NCBI GenBank assembly: GCA_963775425.1
Contig: CAVZJB010000003.1
Span: forward strand, 544,001-608,000
Direction: 5' to 3'
Origin: an uncultured delta proteobacterium
GTDB lineage: Bacteria > Myxococcota > UBA727 > VGSZ01
Length of the DNA: 64,000 nucleotides
This document shows positions 1 through 11,432 of this stretch, in pieces (within the stretch, counting starts at the first letter, position 1; each line of letters opens with the position of its first letter). The notes under the pieces were generated by a model. It saw only the letters and a list, made by a program, of their open reading frames with translations, was not told the DNA's origin and made no database searches. The position numbers and the translations under genes were made by a program.

Positions 1-88
1 CATCGACCGCCTCGTCGGCGCGCTTGCCGCGTTGCTGAAGGGCAGGGCGAGCCTCGTGGACGCCGACGGGGGTCGCGCGCGGCCCTGA
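1..88 (+). CDS. 3' end of a gene entering from the left edge (IDRLVGALAALLKG...); possibly a PLP-dependent enzyme C-terminus
   Basis: Open frame from position 2 to TGA at 86-88 with high-GC3 codons; too short to assign. Confidence 0.4.
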   Translation, partial: IDRLVGALAALLKGRASLVDADGGRARP

Positions 89-106
89 CCGCGCGGCTGC
101 GCGCGC

Positions 107-409
107 TCAAGGGTCGGCTGCGGGCTGCTCCTCCTCCGGCATGACTTGTCGCAGCCCCTCGACCGGAACTGAAAGGACGACGGTCTCGCCAACCGACTGG
201 ACCAGTCTCACCGGAATGTCGATCTCGCCTGCGCGAAACACGCTGCGATGGGTGCCGAGCTGGTCGGCGGTCTCCCTGTACAGCTTGACGCGGAGCGCGT
301 CGACGCGCCAGCCGTCACTCTCGATGAAGAGATCAGCGATCTCTCCGATCACCCGACCGTCTGCAGAGATGATGTTTCGTCCGCGAAGGTCCTCGTCCGC
401 AATGCGCAT
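107..409 (-). CDS. PRC-barrel domain protein
   Basis: DLRGRNIISADGRVIGEIADLFIE...VQSVGETVVL matches the PRC-barrel pattern; GGAG-type RBS upstream. Confidence 0.8.
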   Translation of the reverse strand: MRIADEDLRGRNIISADGRVIGEIADLFIESDGWRVDALRVKLYRETADQLGTHRSVFRAGEIDIPVRLVQSVGETVVLSVPVEGLRQVMPEEEQPAADP

Positions 410-459
410 GATCGGTACTCCTCTCCTCTCCTGACGGAGGCATGTCGCGCTCCTGAGTG

Positions 460-476
460 AGCACGTTCCATGCCCC
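460..476 (-). promoter_or_regulatory. putative sigma54 -24/-12 promoter of the PRC-barrel gene
   Basis: Minus strand GGGGCATGGAACGTGCT = GG-N10-GC in a GGCA..TGCT context. Confidence 0.5.
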
Positions 477-643
477 GGCGGTGCGGTGAAACCTCACTGA
501 CTGGCCGATGTCCTCGCGCGTCTCGTGTGCGAATCGACGCTCGACGGCGGTGTCATCGTGCCCTTCGCCGGCACGCCGCGATGAACCGACGCCGCGGGCG
601 CCGCGCACGGAGGTCGCGCGCGAGCTGCCGTGACGCCTTCACT

Positions 644-660
644 GCGGCACGCGACCTGCA
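644..660 (+). promoter_or_regulatory. putative sigma54 promoter of the lipase-like gene
   Basis: GCGGCACGCGACCTGCA = GG-N10-GC. Confidence 0.5.
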
Positions 661-722
661 GTCCAAGCGCGCTTTGTCCCTTGGTGCCGTTCGGGCGGAC
701 CCTGAAGTGGCGGGTGAATTGG

Positions 723-1940
723 ATGCTTCAGCACGTCTATCTCATACCGGGGATGTTCGGCTTCTCCCACCTCGCGTCGTACGACTACTTCGGTCACGTC
801 GAACGCGCGTTGTCGACGCGTTTTGACGTCGCCGGTGAAGAGGTCTTTCTTCACGTCGTCGACGTGGCCCCCACCGCGTCGGTGCGCCGGCGCGCGGCGA
901 CGCTCGCCGCAATGGTCCAGCAGACCTCGGCCGGTAACGACGCTCCGATACATCTGTTGGGGCATTCCACCGGCGGCCTCGACGCGCGCCTGGTGGCATC
1001 GCCGGGATCGCAGCTCGCGAACGCCGCGTCGGCAGCGAGCTGGCTCCCCCGGCTCTGCAGCATCACGACGATGAACACCCCGCATTTCGGCACGCCGCTG
1101 GCGAGCTTCTTTGCGACGGCCAACGGCGAGCGGGTGCTCTATGCGCTCTCCGCGCTCACCGTGATTGGGCTCTCTCTTGGCAAGCGCCCCCTCGCCGTCG
1201 CCAGCATGCTCGTCGGCATGGCTCGGCGAGACAATCGCGTCACGGGGATCCGGCTCCACGTGATGGACAAGGCGGTCGAATCGCTGATCGGCCTCGTTGA
1301 CGACGCGCGCAGCCCCGAGGTGCGCAGCTTTCTGCGTGCGATCGAAGAGGACCAGGGCGCGGTGCTCCAACTGAGCCCCGAGGCGATGGACGTCATGGTC
1401 GCCGGGTTCGAGGACCGGCCGGGTGTCGTGTACCAGTCATCGGCGTCCTTGGCGCCGACGCCGGCACCGGGGAAGTGGCTCCGGACGTTCGGATCTCCCT
1501 GGCGAGCGACCTCGATGGCTTTGTTCGCGACGCTCCATCGCATCACCTCGCGGCTCGACGATCGGTACCCGTGCGCTTGCGTGTCCCAGGGCGTCGTCGC
1601 GGCGGATGACAAGACCGAGGCAACGCTGCTTCGGCTGCTCGGCGTCGCGCCGGAGCGCGGGGGCAACGACGGGATTGTCCCCCTGCGCTCCCAGCTGTGG
1701 GGGACGCTCGTGTGGGCGGGGCTCGGAGACCACCTCGACGTCCTGGGGCACTACCGTGGCGACCAGATCCACGGTGACACGACTGGGTCTGTCCACCGGG
1801 ACTGGCTGACGAGCGGCGCGTCGTTCGGCGCTCCGCAGTTCGAGGCGCTGATGGACGCCATCGCCAAGGGGATGCTGGACGCCGCCGCGGCGAGGCCCGT
1901 CGACGCGAGGATCGCGCGCAGTCCGAGAAGGAGCGCCTGA
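723..1940 (+). CDS. alpha/beta-hydrolase (lipase/esterase-like)
   Basis: IPGMFG oxyanion region, GHSTGG nucleophile elbow, TPHFGTP, NDGIV, DHLD; start moved to ATG 723. Confidence 0.8.
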   Translation: MLQHVYLIPGMFGFSHLASYDYFGHVERALSTRFDVAGEEVFLHVVDVAPTASVRRRAATLAAMVQQTSAGNDAPIHLLGHSTGGLDARLVASPGSQLANAASAASWLPRLCSITTMNTPHFGTPLASFFATANGERVLYALSALTVIGLSLGKRPLAVASMLVGMARRDNRVTGIRLHVMDKAVESLIGLVDDARSPEVRSFLRAIEEDQGAVLQLSPEAMDVMVAGFEDRPGVVYQSSASLAPTPAPGKWLRTFGSPWRATSMALFATLHRITSRLDDRYPCACVSQGVVAADDKTEATLLRLLGVAPERGGNDGIVPLRSQLWGTLVWAGLGDHLDVLGHYRGDQIHGDTTGSVHRDWLTSGASFGAPQFEALMDAIAKGMLDAAAARPVDARIARSPRRSA

Positions 1941-1978
1941 GCCATTTGTTGCGGCCGCAGACGCCGGCGAGACCGTGC

Positions 1979-3145
1979 TCAGCGCGCGGCTGAGGCGGCG
2001 TGTGGTCGCACCGGAGGCACCGACGCGGGCGGCGTTCGCCGATCGAGCGGGCGATCGGCCTCGACGTCGCCTCTGCCGAGACGAGCGAGGACGCGCGCGT
2101 GGGATGCCACCGCGGAGACGAAGCGCCCGCTGTTCAGGGCGACGAGCCCATGATCGCGCGCGCACGTCGTGACGATGGGCGCCAGCGCGGGATAGTGGAT
2201 GTGACAGATCCGCGGAAACAGGTGGTGCTCGACCTGGTGATCGAGGCCGCCCGTGACAAAGGTGGTGAGCTTCCACCGGCCGAAGTCGGCGGTGCTCGCG
2301 AGCTCGTGCTCCGCCCATGGCTGCAGCACCACACCGTCGGCGGGGAGAGTGCGGAACGTGACGCCCTCGACGACGTGCGCGAGCTGAAACACGATGGCGA
2401 GAGTGACGCCGGCCGCAAACATCATCACCGCGTAGCCCATGAGCGTCTGCCACGCGGGGCGCTGCACGATCGCGAGCGGCAAGGCGACGAACAAGCCGAC
2501 GTGCGCTGCCTTTCCGATGAGGACGCCCGCCACCACGCGCGCCGGCGGCCGCCGTCCGGTGAGCGGATGGGGAGCGCGCATCTGGCGAAAGTCCTTCACG
2601 AGGACCCAGACGAAGCCGATGAACCCGTACAGCACCCACGCGTAGAGGTGCTGAAAGCGCTGTACGCGGGACGGTGGCGCGGCGCGTGGGTAGAAGCGCA
2701 GGAATGGGCCCGGCTCGAGGTCCTGATCGACGCCGCAGATGTTCGTGTACGTGTGGTGAATGACGTTGTGAAACACCGACCACGTCGCCGACGACGCGCC
2801 CATCACGTCGAAGGTCCACGACAGGACGTGGTTGACCCACGCGCGCTTGGCGTAGCTGCCGTGGATGGCGTCGTGCCCGACGTTGAACCCGACGCACGCG
2901 AGGGCCAACCCCGTGAGCGCAGAGACGGCGAGCGAGGCCGGGAACGGCACGGCCTCGGCAAGTGTCACGGCGAAGGACGCCGCCGCGAGGCCGACCCAGA
3001 AGATCGACTTCCACACCATCGCCGCGTTCGCTGTCCGAGGAAGGTCCGCGCCGTCGAAGTACGCGTCCACGCGCGCACGAAGATCGACCATGAACGGAGA
3101 CGGTGAAGGAAAGCGGACCTTCGGGAGTGTCTGCGGCTGCGACAT
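1979..3145 (-). CDS. membrane fatty-acid (acyl-CoA) desaturase
   Basis: His boxes HDAIH, HNVIHH, QVEHH plus TM segments; start at ATG 3145 after GAGGAGG. Confidence 0.9.
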   Translation of the reverse strand: MSQPQTLPKVRFPSPSPFMVDLRARVDAYFDGADLPRTANAAMVWKSIFWVGLAAASFAVTLAEAVPFPASLAVSALTGLALACVGFNVGHDAIHGSYAKRAWVNHVLSWTFDVMGASSATWSVFHNVIHHTYTNICGVDQDLEPGPFLRFYPRAAPPSRVQRFQHLYAWVLYGFIGFVWVLVKDFRQMRAPHPLTGRRPPARVVAGVLIGKAAHVGLFVALPLAIVQRPAWQTLMGYAVMMFAAGVTLAIVFQLAHVVEGVTFRTLPADGVVLQPWAEHELASTADFGRWKLTTFVTGGLDHQVEHHLFPRICHIHYPALAPIVTTCARDHGLVALNSGRFVSAVASHARVLARLGRGDVEADRPLDRRTPPASVPPVRPHAASAAR

Positions 3146-3167
3146 CACGGGGCCTCCTCGAGGTCGC

Positions 3168-3184
3168 AGCAACGGCGATGCCAA
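3168..3184 (-). promoter_or_regulatory. sigma54 promoter of the desaturase
   Basis: Minus strand TTGGCATCGCCGTTGCT, near consensus. Confidence 0.7.
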
Positions 3185-3267
3185 AGAGGAGGCGCGGTGT
3201 CTCCGAGAGGGCGGCGTGCGCGCGGCTCGGGATCACACAGGTGCGGCGCAATCCCGCACGTTCCCGC

Positions 3268-3966
3268 TCACGCCGCGCTGCGCTCGAGGCGGACCGCGAA
3301 GCCGGCGCCGCCGAGCGACGAGGCGCACGGCGCGACGCTCCCGCCCATCGCGCGCACCATGCGTTGCACCGTGGAGAGACCGAGGCCGACCCCGCGGACG
3401 TTGGTGGTGAAGAACGGCTCGAACATCCGTGGCGCCGCGTCGGCACCGACGCCGGGGCCGTCGTCGAGGACGCGGAAGCCGGTGGGCTCGACCTCGATCC
3501 GGACGCTCGACGCGCCGGCTTGCACGGCGTTTCGAATGAGCTCACGCATCACCTCGCCGACGAGGTCCTCGTCGGCGTGCGCCGTCCCGGCCCCGGACAC
3601 CTCGATCGGCGTGCCGCACACGGCCGCCTCGAGCGCGGCGACGGCGGCGAGGTCGACGTCCGCGAGCCGCGGCCGCACCTCCTGCGCGAACGCGAGGAGC
3701 TGGCCTATGACGTCCGCGAGGCGCGTGACCTCGTCTTGCGCGCGCAGCAGCAGCGTGAGCCGTGTGTCGCCGGCCTCGAACGAGCTCGCGACGAGCTGTA
3801 CGGCGCACGAGATGCCGGCGAGGGGATTGCCGATCGAGTGCGCGATGCTCGCGGCGCCGGCGGCGGCGATCTCCGCGACGCGCGACGACGGGAGCTCGTC
3901 TGCGCCAAGGCGGATGGCGGCGGGCGCGCTTCGTGCGGCTTCAGTGCTGTTTCCATCGTCAAGCAT
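3268..3966 (-). CDS. minimal histidine kinase (HisKA + HATPase, no sensor domain)
   Basis: AHSIGNPL H-box, ELIRNA N-box, DDGPG, FEPFFTT, GVGLGL. Confidence 0.8.
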   Translation of the reverse strand: MLDDGNSTEAARSAPAAIRLGADELPSSRVAEIAAAGAASIAHSIGNPLAGISCAVQLVASSFEAGDTRLTLLLRAQDEVTRLADVIGQLLAFAQEVRPRLADVDLAAVAALEAAVCGTPIEVSGAGTAHADEDLVGEVMRELIRNAVQAGASSVRIEVEPTGFRVLDDGPGVGADAAPRMFEPFFTTNVRGVGLGLSTVQRMVRAMGGSVAPCASSLGGAGFAVRLERSAA

Positions 3967-3978
3967 GTGCGCTCCCGG

Positions 3979-4731
3979 TCATGTGACCGCGCCGGTACGT
4001 TCGTTTCGGCGGGAGGTGCCGTACGCGATGCGTTCGAGGCGGAAGGTGTCGCGGATGATGATGCTCTTGCGGCGGCGAAGCAGGACCTCGTCGCTCTCCA
4101 GCTCCGTCAAGGCGCGCGAGAGGCTCTCGACCACCGTGCCGGCGAGACGCGCGAGCGTCTCGCGCGCGACGCGCGGCGCGATCCTCGAGCCGTCATCGTC
4201 GACCACGCCGAACTTGCGCTCGAGCGAGAGGAGGGTCGCCGCCACACGGCCGCGCACGGACGGGTTCCCCATCGCCACGATGCGCTCGCTCTTCTGCAGG
4301 ATGATCCAGCAAAGGAGCTTGGTGAGCTCCTCGGTGATGGACGGCCGCGTCCGCGCCAGCGCCTCGAACGGATCTCGCTCGAAGAAGCACGCGGAGACGG
4401 GCTCGATGCTCTTCGCGTTGCAGCGGTCGTCCCAGAACCAGCTCCCATAGCCGACGAGGTCGCCCGGGCCGCACACGCGGAGCGGGCGGACGACGCGCGC
4501 GCGCGCGTACGACATCACCATGTAGCCGCCGCCGACGCAGAAGAAGCCGGTTCGCCCCGCGCGCGAAAACTCCATCAGCTCCCCGGCCCGGTACGCACAC
4601 GGCGTGCGCAGCTCGTCGATGGCGCGGAGCGTCGGCTCATCGGCCGCCTTGAACGGGGACTCGCATCGCCCCGGGCAAGCCGCGCATGTGGTGGTTTGCG
4701 GGGGGAGCTGCGGGAGCGGCTTCGGGGACAT
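3979..4731 (-). CDS. Crp/Fnr family transcriptional regulator with N-terminal Cys cluster
   Basis: CAACPGRC at the N-terminus, cNMP-like domain (GPGDLVG), HTH RETLARLAGTVVESLSRALTEL. Confidence 0.85.
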   Translation of the reverse strand: MSPKPLPQLPPQTTTCAACPGRCESPFKAADEPTLRAIDELRTPCAYRAGELMEFSRAGRTGFFCVGGGYMVMSYARARVVRPLRVCGPGDLVGYGSWFWDDRCNAKSIEPVSACFFERDPFEALARTRPSITEELTKLLCWIILQKSERIVAMGNPSVRGRVAATLLSLERKFGVVDDDGSRIAPRVARETLARLAGTVVESLSRALTELESDEVLLRRRKSIIIRDTFRLERIAYGTSRRNERTGAVT

Positions 4732-4743
4732 GGCGCGTCAAGA

Positions 4744-4760
4744 AGCACAGGGCTTGCCAG
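4744..4760 (-). promoter_or_regulatory. putative sigma54 promoter of the Crp/Fnr gene
   Basis: Minus strand CTGGCAAGCCCTGTGCT. Confidence 0.55.
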
Positions 4761-4770
4761 GCCGGGAAAC

Positions 4771-4784
4771 TTGACAGTCCTCAA
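4771..4784. promoter_or_regulatory. FNR-box-like palindrome
   Basis: TTGACAGTCCTCAA = TTGA-N6-TCAA, 40 bp upstream of the Crp/Fnr gene. Confidence 0.55.
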
Positions 4785-5113
4785 TTTTCTTTCGCGAACA
4801 ACCCGATACGGCCGTCACGCTCGCGCGGAACGCCCCCGGGTGCATGGGTGAAAAGGAGCATGCCATGCGTTGTTCCACACGCAGTCGGCCGTACACAGGC
4901 ACCACGAAGGCACGCCACCGCGAACGCCACCGCGCTGCCGTCGGGCGCGGCGTCGCGGCGCCAAACCGAATGTCGGGCAACGGTGACGGAGGGGGTGACG
5001 GTGTCGATCGACGTCGCCGGACGATGCGGCTTCGTCGCCGACGCGCGACTGGCGGGCCGAGCGCGCGCCGATCGCGCGCCGGACGGTCGCGCGTAGCTGC
5101 CGCTGGAGCCGAC

Positions 5114-6049
5114 ATGCGCGTCCCATTCTTTCTCCTTTGTGTTCCTCTTGTCGTCGTCACCACGGCCTGCCCGGACACGTCCAGGGCGAAGGCGCCTGCG
5201 GACAACCCGGTGGGCCTCGGTGCGAGCTGTGCGGCGGCCTCCGACTGTGGGGGCGTCACGCCGCTGTGCGACGACGGCGCCTGCGTCCAATGCGACGCGA
5301 GCAACGCATGCCGCGGCGCCGGGGTGTGCGGCGCCGACGGCCTGTGCGGAGAGTGCGCGGCCGACGCGGACTGCCCGACGGATCGACCGCTGTGCCGCAG
5401 CGCCGATCAGCAGTGTGTCGCGTGCCTCGGCGCCGGCGATTGCGGCGTCGCCGCACCGTCCTGCACACCGGCGGGCGCGTGCGCGGCCGCGTGCGCCGCG
5501 GACGGCGACTGTCGCAACGGCGAGGTGTGCAGCGCGACGACGCACGCCTGCGTTCAGTGCCTCACCGACGGCGATTGCCCCGCCGGAGCGCCGCTTTGCG
5601 GAGCCGACGAGCGGTGCCACGCGTGCCTCAAGAACGACGACTGCGGGGTGGCGTCTCCCTTCTGTGTCGACGGCGACTGCCAGGAGTGCATCCAGAACAC
5701 GGACTGCGGCGCCGCCGCCAACTGCAGCGCACAGTTGCGTTGCACGCCGTTGTGCACGTCCGACGCGCAGTGCGACGGCGGCGGCGCACGGCACTGCGAC
5801 GTGCCCTCCGGTCAATGCGTCCAGTGCACGTCCGACCCGCAGTGCGACGGCGGCGCCTGCGTCGACAACCGCTGCGTCCAATGCGCCGACTCAAGCCAGT
5901 GCGCGGACCCGCAGCGCGCCGTGTGCTTCCAGTCGAGCTGTGTGCAGTGCGTGACCAACGCGGACTGCACTTTCGACACGCAGTTGCCGACCTGCAACCC
6001 GGACCGTCATCAGTGCTGCGATGCGCAGGGCCGCAACTGCGGGGGGTGA
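5114..6049 (+). CDS. cysteine-rich repeat lipoprotein
   Basis: Signal/lipobox MRVPFFLLCVPLVVVTTAC; repeated C-xxxxx-C...CVQC units; GGAG RBS. Confidence 0.8.
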   Translation: MRVPFFLLCVPLVVVTTACPDTSRAKAPADNPVGLGASCAAASDCGGVTPLCDDGACVQCDASNACRGAGVCGADGLCGECAADADCPTDRPLCRSADQQCVACLGAGDCGVAAPSCTPAGACAAACAADGDCRNGEVCSATTHACVQCLTDGDCPAGAPLCGADERCHACLKNDDCGVASPFCVDGDCQECIQNTDCGAAANCSAQLRCTPLCTSDAQCDGGGARHCDVPSGQCVQCTSDPQCDGGACVDNRCVQCADSSQCADPQRAVCFQSSCVQCVTNADCTFDTQLPTCNPDRHQCCDAQGRNCGG

Positions 6050-6052
6050 ACC

Positions 6053-6667
6053 ATGCGGATTCCGATGGCGATGCTGTTCGCGGTCCTCTTGGCTTCAGGG
6101 TGCCCGGCGTCGTCGCGGAACACGGGCGTGCTCGGCAACGGCGCCACGTGCAGCAAGAAGGCGGACTGCGGCGGCGCAACTCCGTTTTGCAGCGACGGTC
6201 ATTGCGTCGCGTGCTCCGCCGACTCCGACTGCGACCGCGGCGTGTGTCGAACAGGGCTGTGCGTGGAGTGCGCCGACGACAGCGACTGCTCCGGCGCCCA
6301 GCCGTTCTGTTTCACACCGACGGGCCGCTGCGCCGAGTGCGTGCAGAGCAGCCAGTGCGGCGCGGCGACGCCCGCGTGCGTCCCGGAAGGACGCTGCGTG
6401 GTCTCGTGCGAGACCGACGGCGACTGCGACCGCGATCAGATCTGCAGCCCGTCGCTGCACGCCTGCGTCGCCTGCGCCACCGACGACGATTGCAGCGGTG
6501 GGGCACCCCTGTGTGATCAGCTCGTCCTGCGCTGCGTCGAGTGCAACTCCGCCAACGACTGCGGCGTGGCGTCTCCGTTCTGCGTCAACGGCCGGTGTCG
6601 CGAGTGCGTGCAGAACACCGACTGCGGCGCGAGCCAGAGCTGCAACCAGGACCTCCGCTGCCAGTGA
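6053..6667 (+). CDS. cysteine-rich repeat lipoprotein, paralog of the upstream gene
   Basis: Lipobox LLASGC; same repeat; shared DCGVASPFCVxGxCxECxQNTDCGA segment. Confidence 0.8.
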   Translation: MRIPMAMLFAVLLASGCPASSRNTGVLGNGATCSKKADCGGATPFCSDGHCVACSADSDCDRGVCRTGLCVECADDSDCSGAQPFCFTPTGRCAECVQSSQCGAATPACVPEGRCVVSCETDGDCDRDQICSPSLHACVACATDDDCSGGAPLCDQLVLRCVECNSANDCGVASPFCVNGRCRECVQNTDCGASQSCNQDLRCQ

Positions 6668-6912
6668 GCATCACCGATCGGCCGCCGCTCTCCGTTGGTC
6701 GCTGATCAGCGCGGCCGCTCCCTCCGGTCGCTTGATCGCGAGGCGCGCGTGCGTGCGTAGACAAAGATGCGGCGGGGAACCCTTGGGGGCGTCGATGGTG
6801 CTTGTCTGCGTGGGGCTCGGCGCCGTCGCCGTGCTGGCTGGGGTCGTCGTCATCGTGGTTCGTCGGGGCGCGGCGCCGGATCGGGCCGGGGCGTTCGACG
6901 ACGACTTCGTGA

Positions 6913-9636
<2,724 letters not shown>

Positions 9637-9676
9637 CCTGCCTCCCCGCCGCACGTGGGCGGCCGGCCACGAAGCG

Positions 9677-9693
9677 TGCAGCGGGCGTGCCGC
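9677..9693 (-). promoter_or_regulatory. putative sigma54 promoter of the P-type ATPase
   Basis: Minus strand GCGGCACGCCCGCTGCA. Confidence 0.55.
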
Positions 9694-9760
9694 CACCCGA
9701 CGCGGCGTTGCATTTCCCACTCTCGATGACGTCGTCACGGCGGCGCCAGCACGTCGGTGA

Positions 9761-9777
9761 AGGGCACGGTTCGTGCT
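9761..9777 (+). promoter_or_regulatory. putative sigma54 promoter of the AI-2E transporter
   Basis: AGGGCACGGTTCGTGCT. Confidence 0.55.
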
Positions 9778-9788
9778 GTTGCGCCCGT

Positions 9789-10826
9789 GTGCGTGCGAGA
9801 GAGAACCTCCACCCCCTGGTCCCGTGGGCGCTGTCGCTCGCCGCCGCCGCCGTGCTCGTGCCGTTTTGGCCCGCGCTCGTGCTCGCCGTGTGGACGGGCC
9901 TCGTCGCGCGACGGATCGCCGCGGGGATCACGCGCCTCACGCACGGGCGCCGGCGCCTGGCCGTGGCGCTTACGTTGATGCTGCTCGTCGCCGTGATCGT
10001 GCCCCTTGGCGTCGTCGTCGCCGCCGTCACCGCCGACGCGGTCGCGTTCGTGCAGACCGCGCTAAAGTCCACACAGGTGAAGTCGGTGCTCGCGCAGTTG
10101 GTGTCGCGCGACAACGACGGCTTCTCCCTGCGCTCGGCCGATCTCGTCGACCTCGCCATGAGCCAGGGCGAGACCGCATGGTCGCTCCTGCGCCTGGCCG
10201 CCGGTGCGGCGACAAAGGCGGCGCTCGATGTCGTGGTGTTCTTCATCGCGGTCTACGCCGTGGTGGTCGACGGCGCGCCCATCTACGCGTGGTTCGAGGA
10301 GCACCTGCCGTTGTCGAAGGCGACGCTGCGCCGCTTCGCCGGGGCGTTCGTCGAGACAGGGCGCGGGATGGTGATCGGCATTGGCGGCGCCGCCGTCGCC
10401 CAGGGCCTGGTGGCCACGACCGCGTACCTCGTGCTCGGCGTTCCCCGCGCGTTCACCCTGGGCATCCTCACCGCCTTCGCCGGCGTGGTGCCCGGGGTCG
10501 GGACGGCGCTCGTGTGGGTCCCCGTCGCCGGCGGGTTGTTCCTGACCGGGCGCACCGGGGCAGGCATCGCGCTCGTCGTCGTCGGCACCGCGCTCATCGG
10601 CGGCGTCGACAATGTGCTCCGGCCGATCATCGCGCGGCGCGCGCGGCTCGACCTCCCGGTGTATGCCGTCGCCGTCGCGATGCTCGGGGGCCTGGCCCTG
10701 CTCGGCGCTCCGGGGTTGCTCTTCGGTGTCCTCGCCCTCCGGCTGGCCAAGGAGGCGCTCGACATCTTCTTCGGCGACACGCCTCCGGCGGCGGCGCCGG
10801 ACGTCCCCGCGTCGCGCTCGAGTTGA
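9789..10826 (+). CDS. AI-2E family transporter
   Basis: Multiple TM segments, AQG, PGVGTALVWVP, DNVLRP, GLLFG; GTG start at 9789 inferred. Confidence 0.85.
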   Translation: MRARENLHPLVPWALSLAAAAVLVPFWPALVLAVWTGLVARRIAAGITRLTHGRRRLAVALTLMLLVAVIVPLGVVVAAVTADAVAFVQTALKSTQVKSVLAQLVSRDNDGFSLRSADLVDLAMSQGETAWSLLRLAAGAATKAALDVVVFFIAVYAVVVDGAPIYAWFEEHLPLSKATLRRFAGAFVETGRGMVIGIGGAAVAQGLVATTAYLVLGVPRAFTLGILTAFAGVVPGVGTALVWVPVAGGLFLTGRTGAGIALVVVGTALIGGVDNVLRPIIARRARLDLPVYAVAVAMLGGLALLGAPGLLFGVLALRLAKEALDIFFGDTPPAAAPDVPASRSS

Positions 10827-10898
10827 ACCGCAAAAACAAATGCGCCAGGCCCGTCGCCGGTGCGCTGACACCGAGACGTCCGGACGCGGAATTTGGAG

Positions 10899-11197
10899 CG
10901 GTGTCGCTGTGGCGGCTTCGTGGCGATGTGCAGGGCTCTCGTGCGCGGGCTCTGCTACGCCGCGCGGCGGCGCTTGGCGATCTGTTGCAGGTTGATCACG
11001 GCCGCGGCGCGGTTCAGGTCGAGCTCGTTGTTGCGCACGCCCTTGTCACGGGCGCGACCGCCCTGCACGGCGTCGACGCGAGCGAGCTTGTGCTCACGCC
11101 GACGGGCGCAACGCGATCCCCACTCCCCGCGGTGGTCGCGGCCGCCGGTGCGCACGAGAGCCCTCCACACCGCTGCGAAGTCGCCACAGCGACACCG
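10899..11197. repeat. 48-bp imperfect inverted repeat (arms 10899-10946 and 11150-11197) enclosing a transposase remnant
   Basis: Left arm CGGTGTCGCTGTGGCGGCTTCGTGGCGATGTGCAGGGCTCTCGTGCGC matches the reverse complement of the right arm with 5 mismatches. Confidence 0.85.
10955..11115 (-). pseudogene. C-terminal remnant of a DDE transposase (IS1182/IS5-like)
   Basis: EHKLARVDAVQGGRARDKGVRNNELDLNRAAAVINL resembles the VEH..A.....GRRARYRG..KN..DL...AA..NL tail; the rest of the gene is missing. Confidence 0.6.
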
Positions 11198-11360
11198 GCG
11201 GCGGGACCACCGCGCGTGCCGGCACTGACCCGATTCCGCTATGCGGACTCACTTCTCCAGCGCGAGACCGCCCGGTCTTCGTTCGTGTCGTCACGCGCAG
11301 CCGGCGCGCGCCTCGACACGGCGTGCACGTGCCGAAGCGCGCGCCCGTCGAAGGCGCTCC

Positions 11361-11377
11361 ATGGCGCGTGAGATGCA
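11361..11377 (+). promoter_or_regulatory. putative sigma54 promoter of the GNAT gene
   Basis: ATGGCGCGTGAGATGCA. Confidence 0.45.
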
Positions 11378-11432
11378 GCGCGGCGACGCATCGTCGACGA
11401 AGACGATGCGCAGATCCACGAGGCTCGAACGA

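Noticed and set aside
4785-5113. Long intergenic region as riboswitch or small ORF
   Set aside because: No recognisable aptamer; the upstream extension of the Cys-rich ORF is Arg-rich and precedes a clear RBS and signal peptide.
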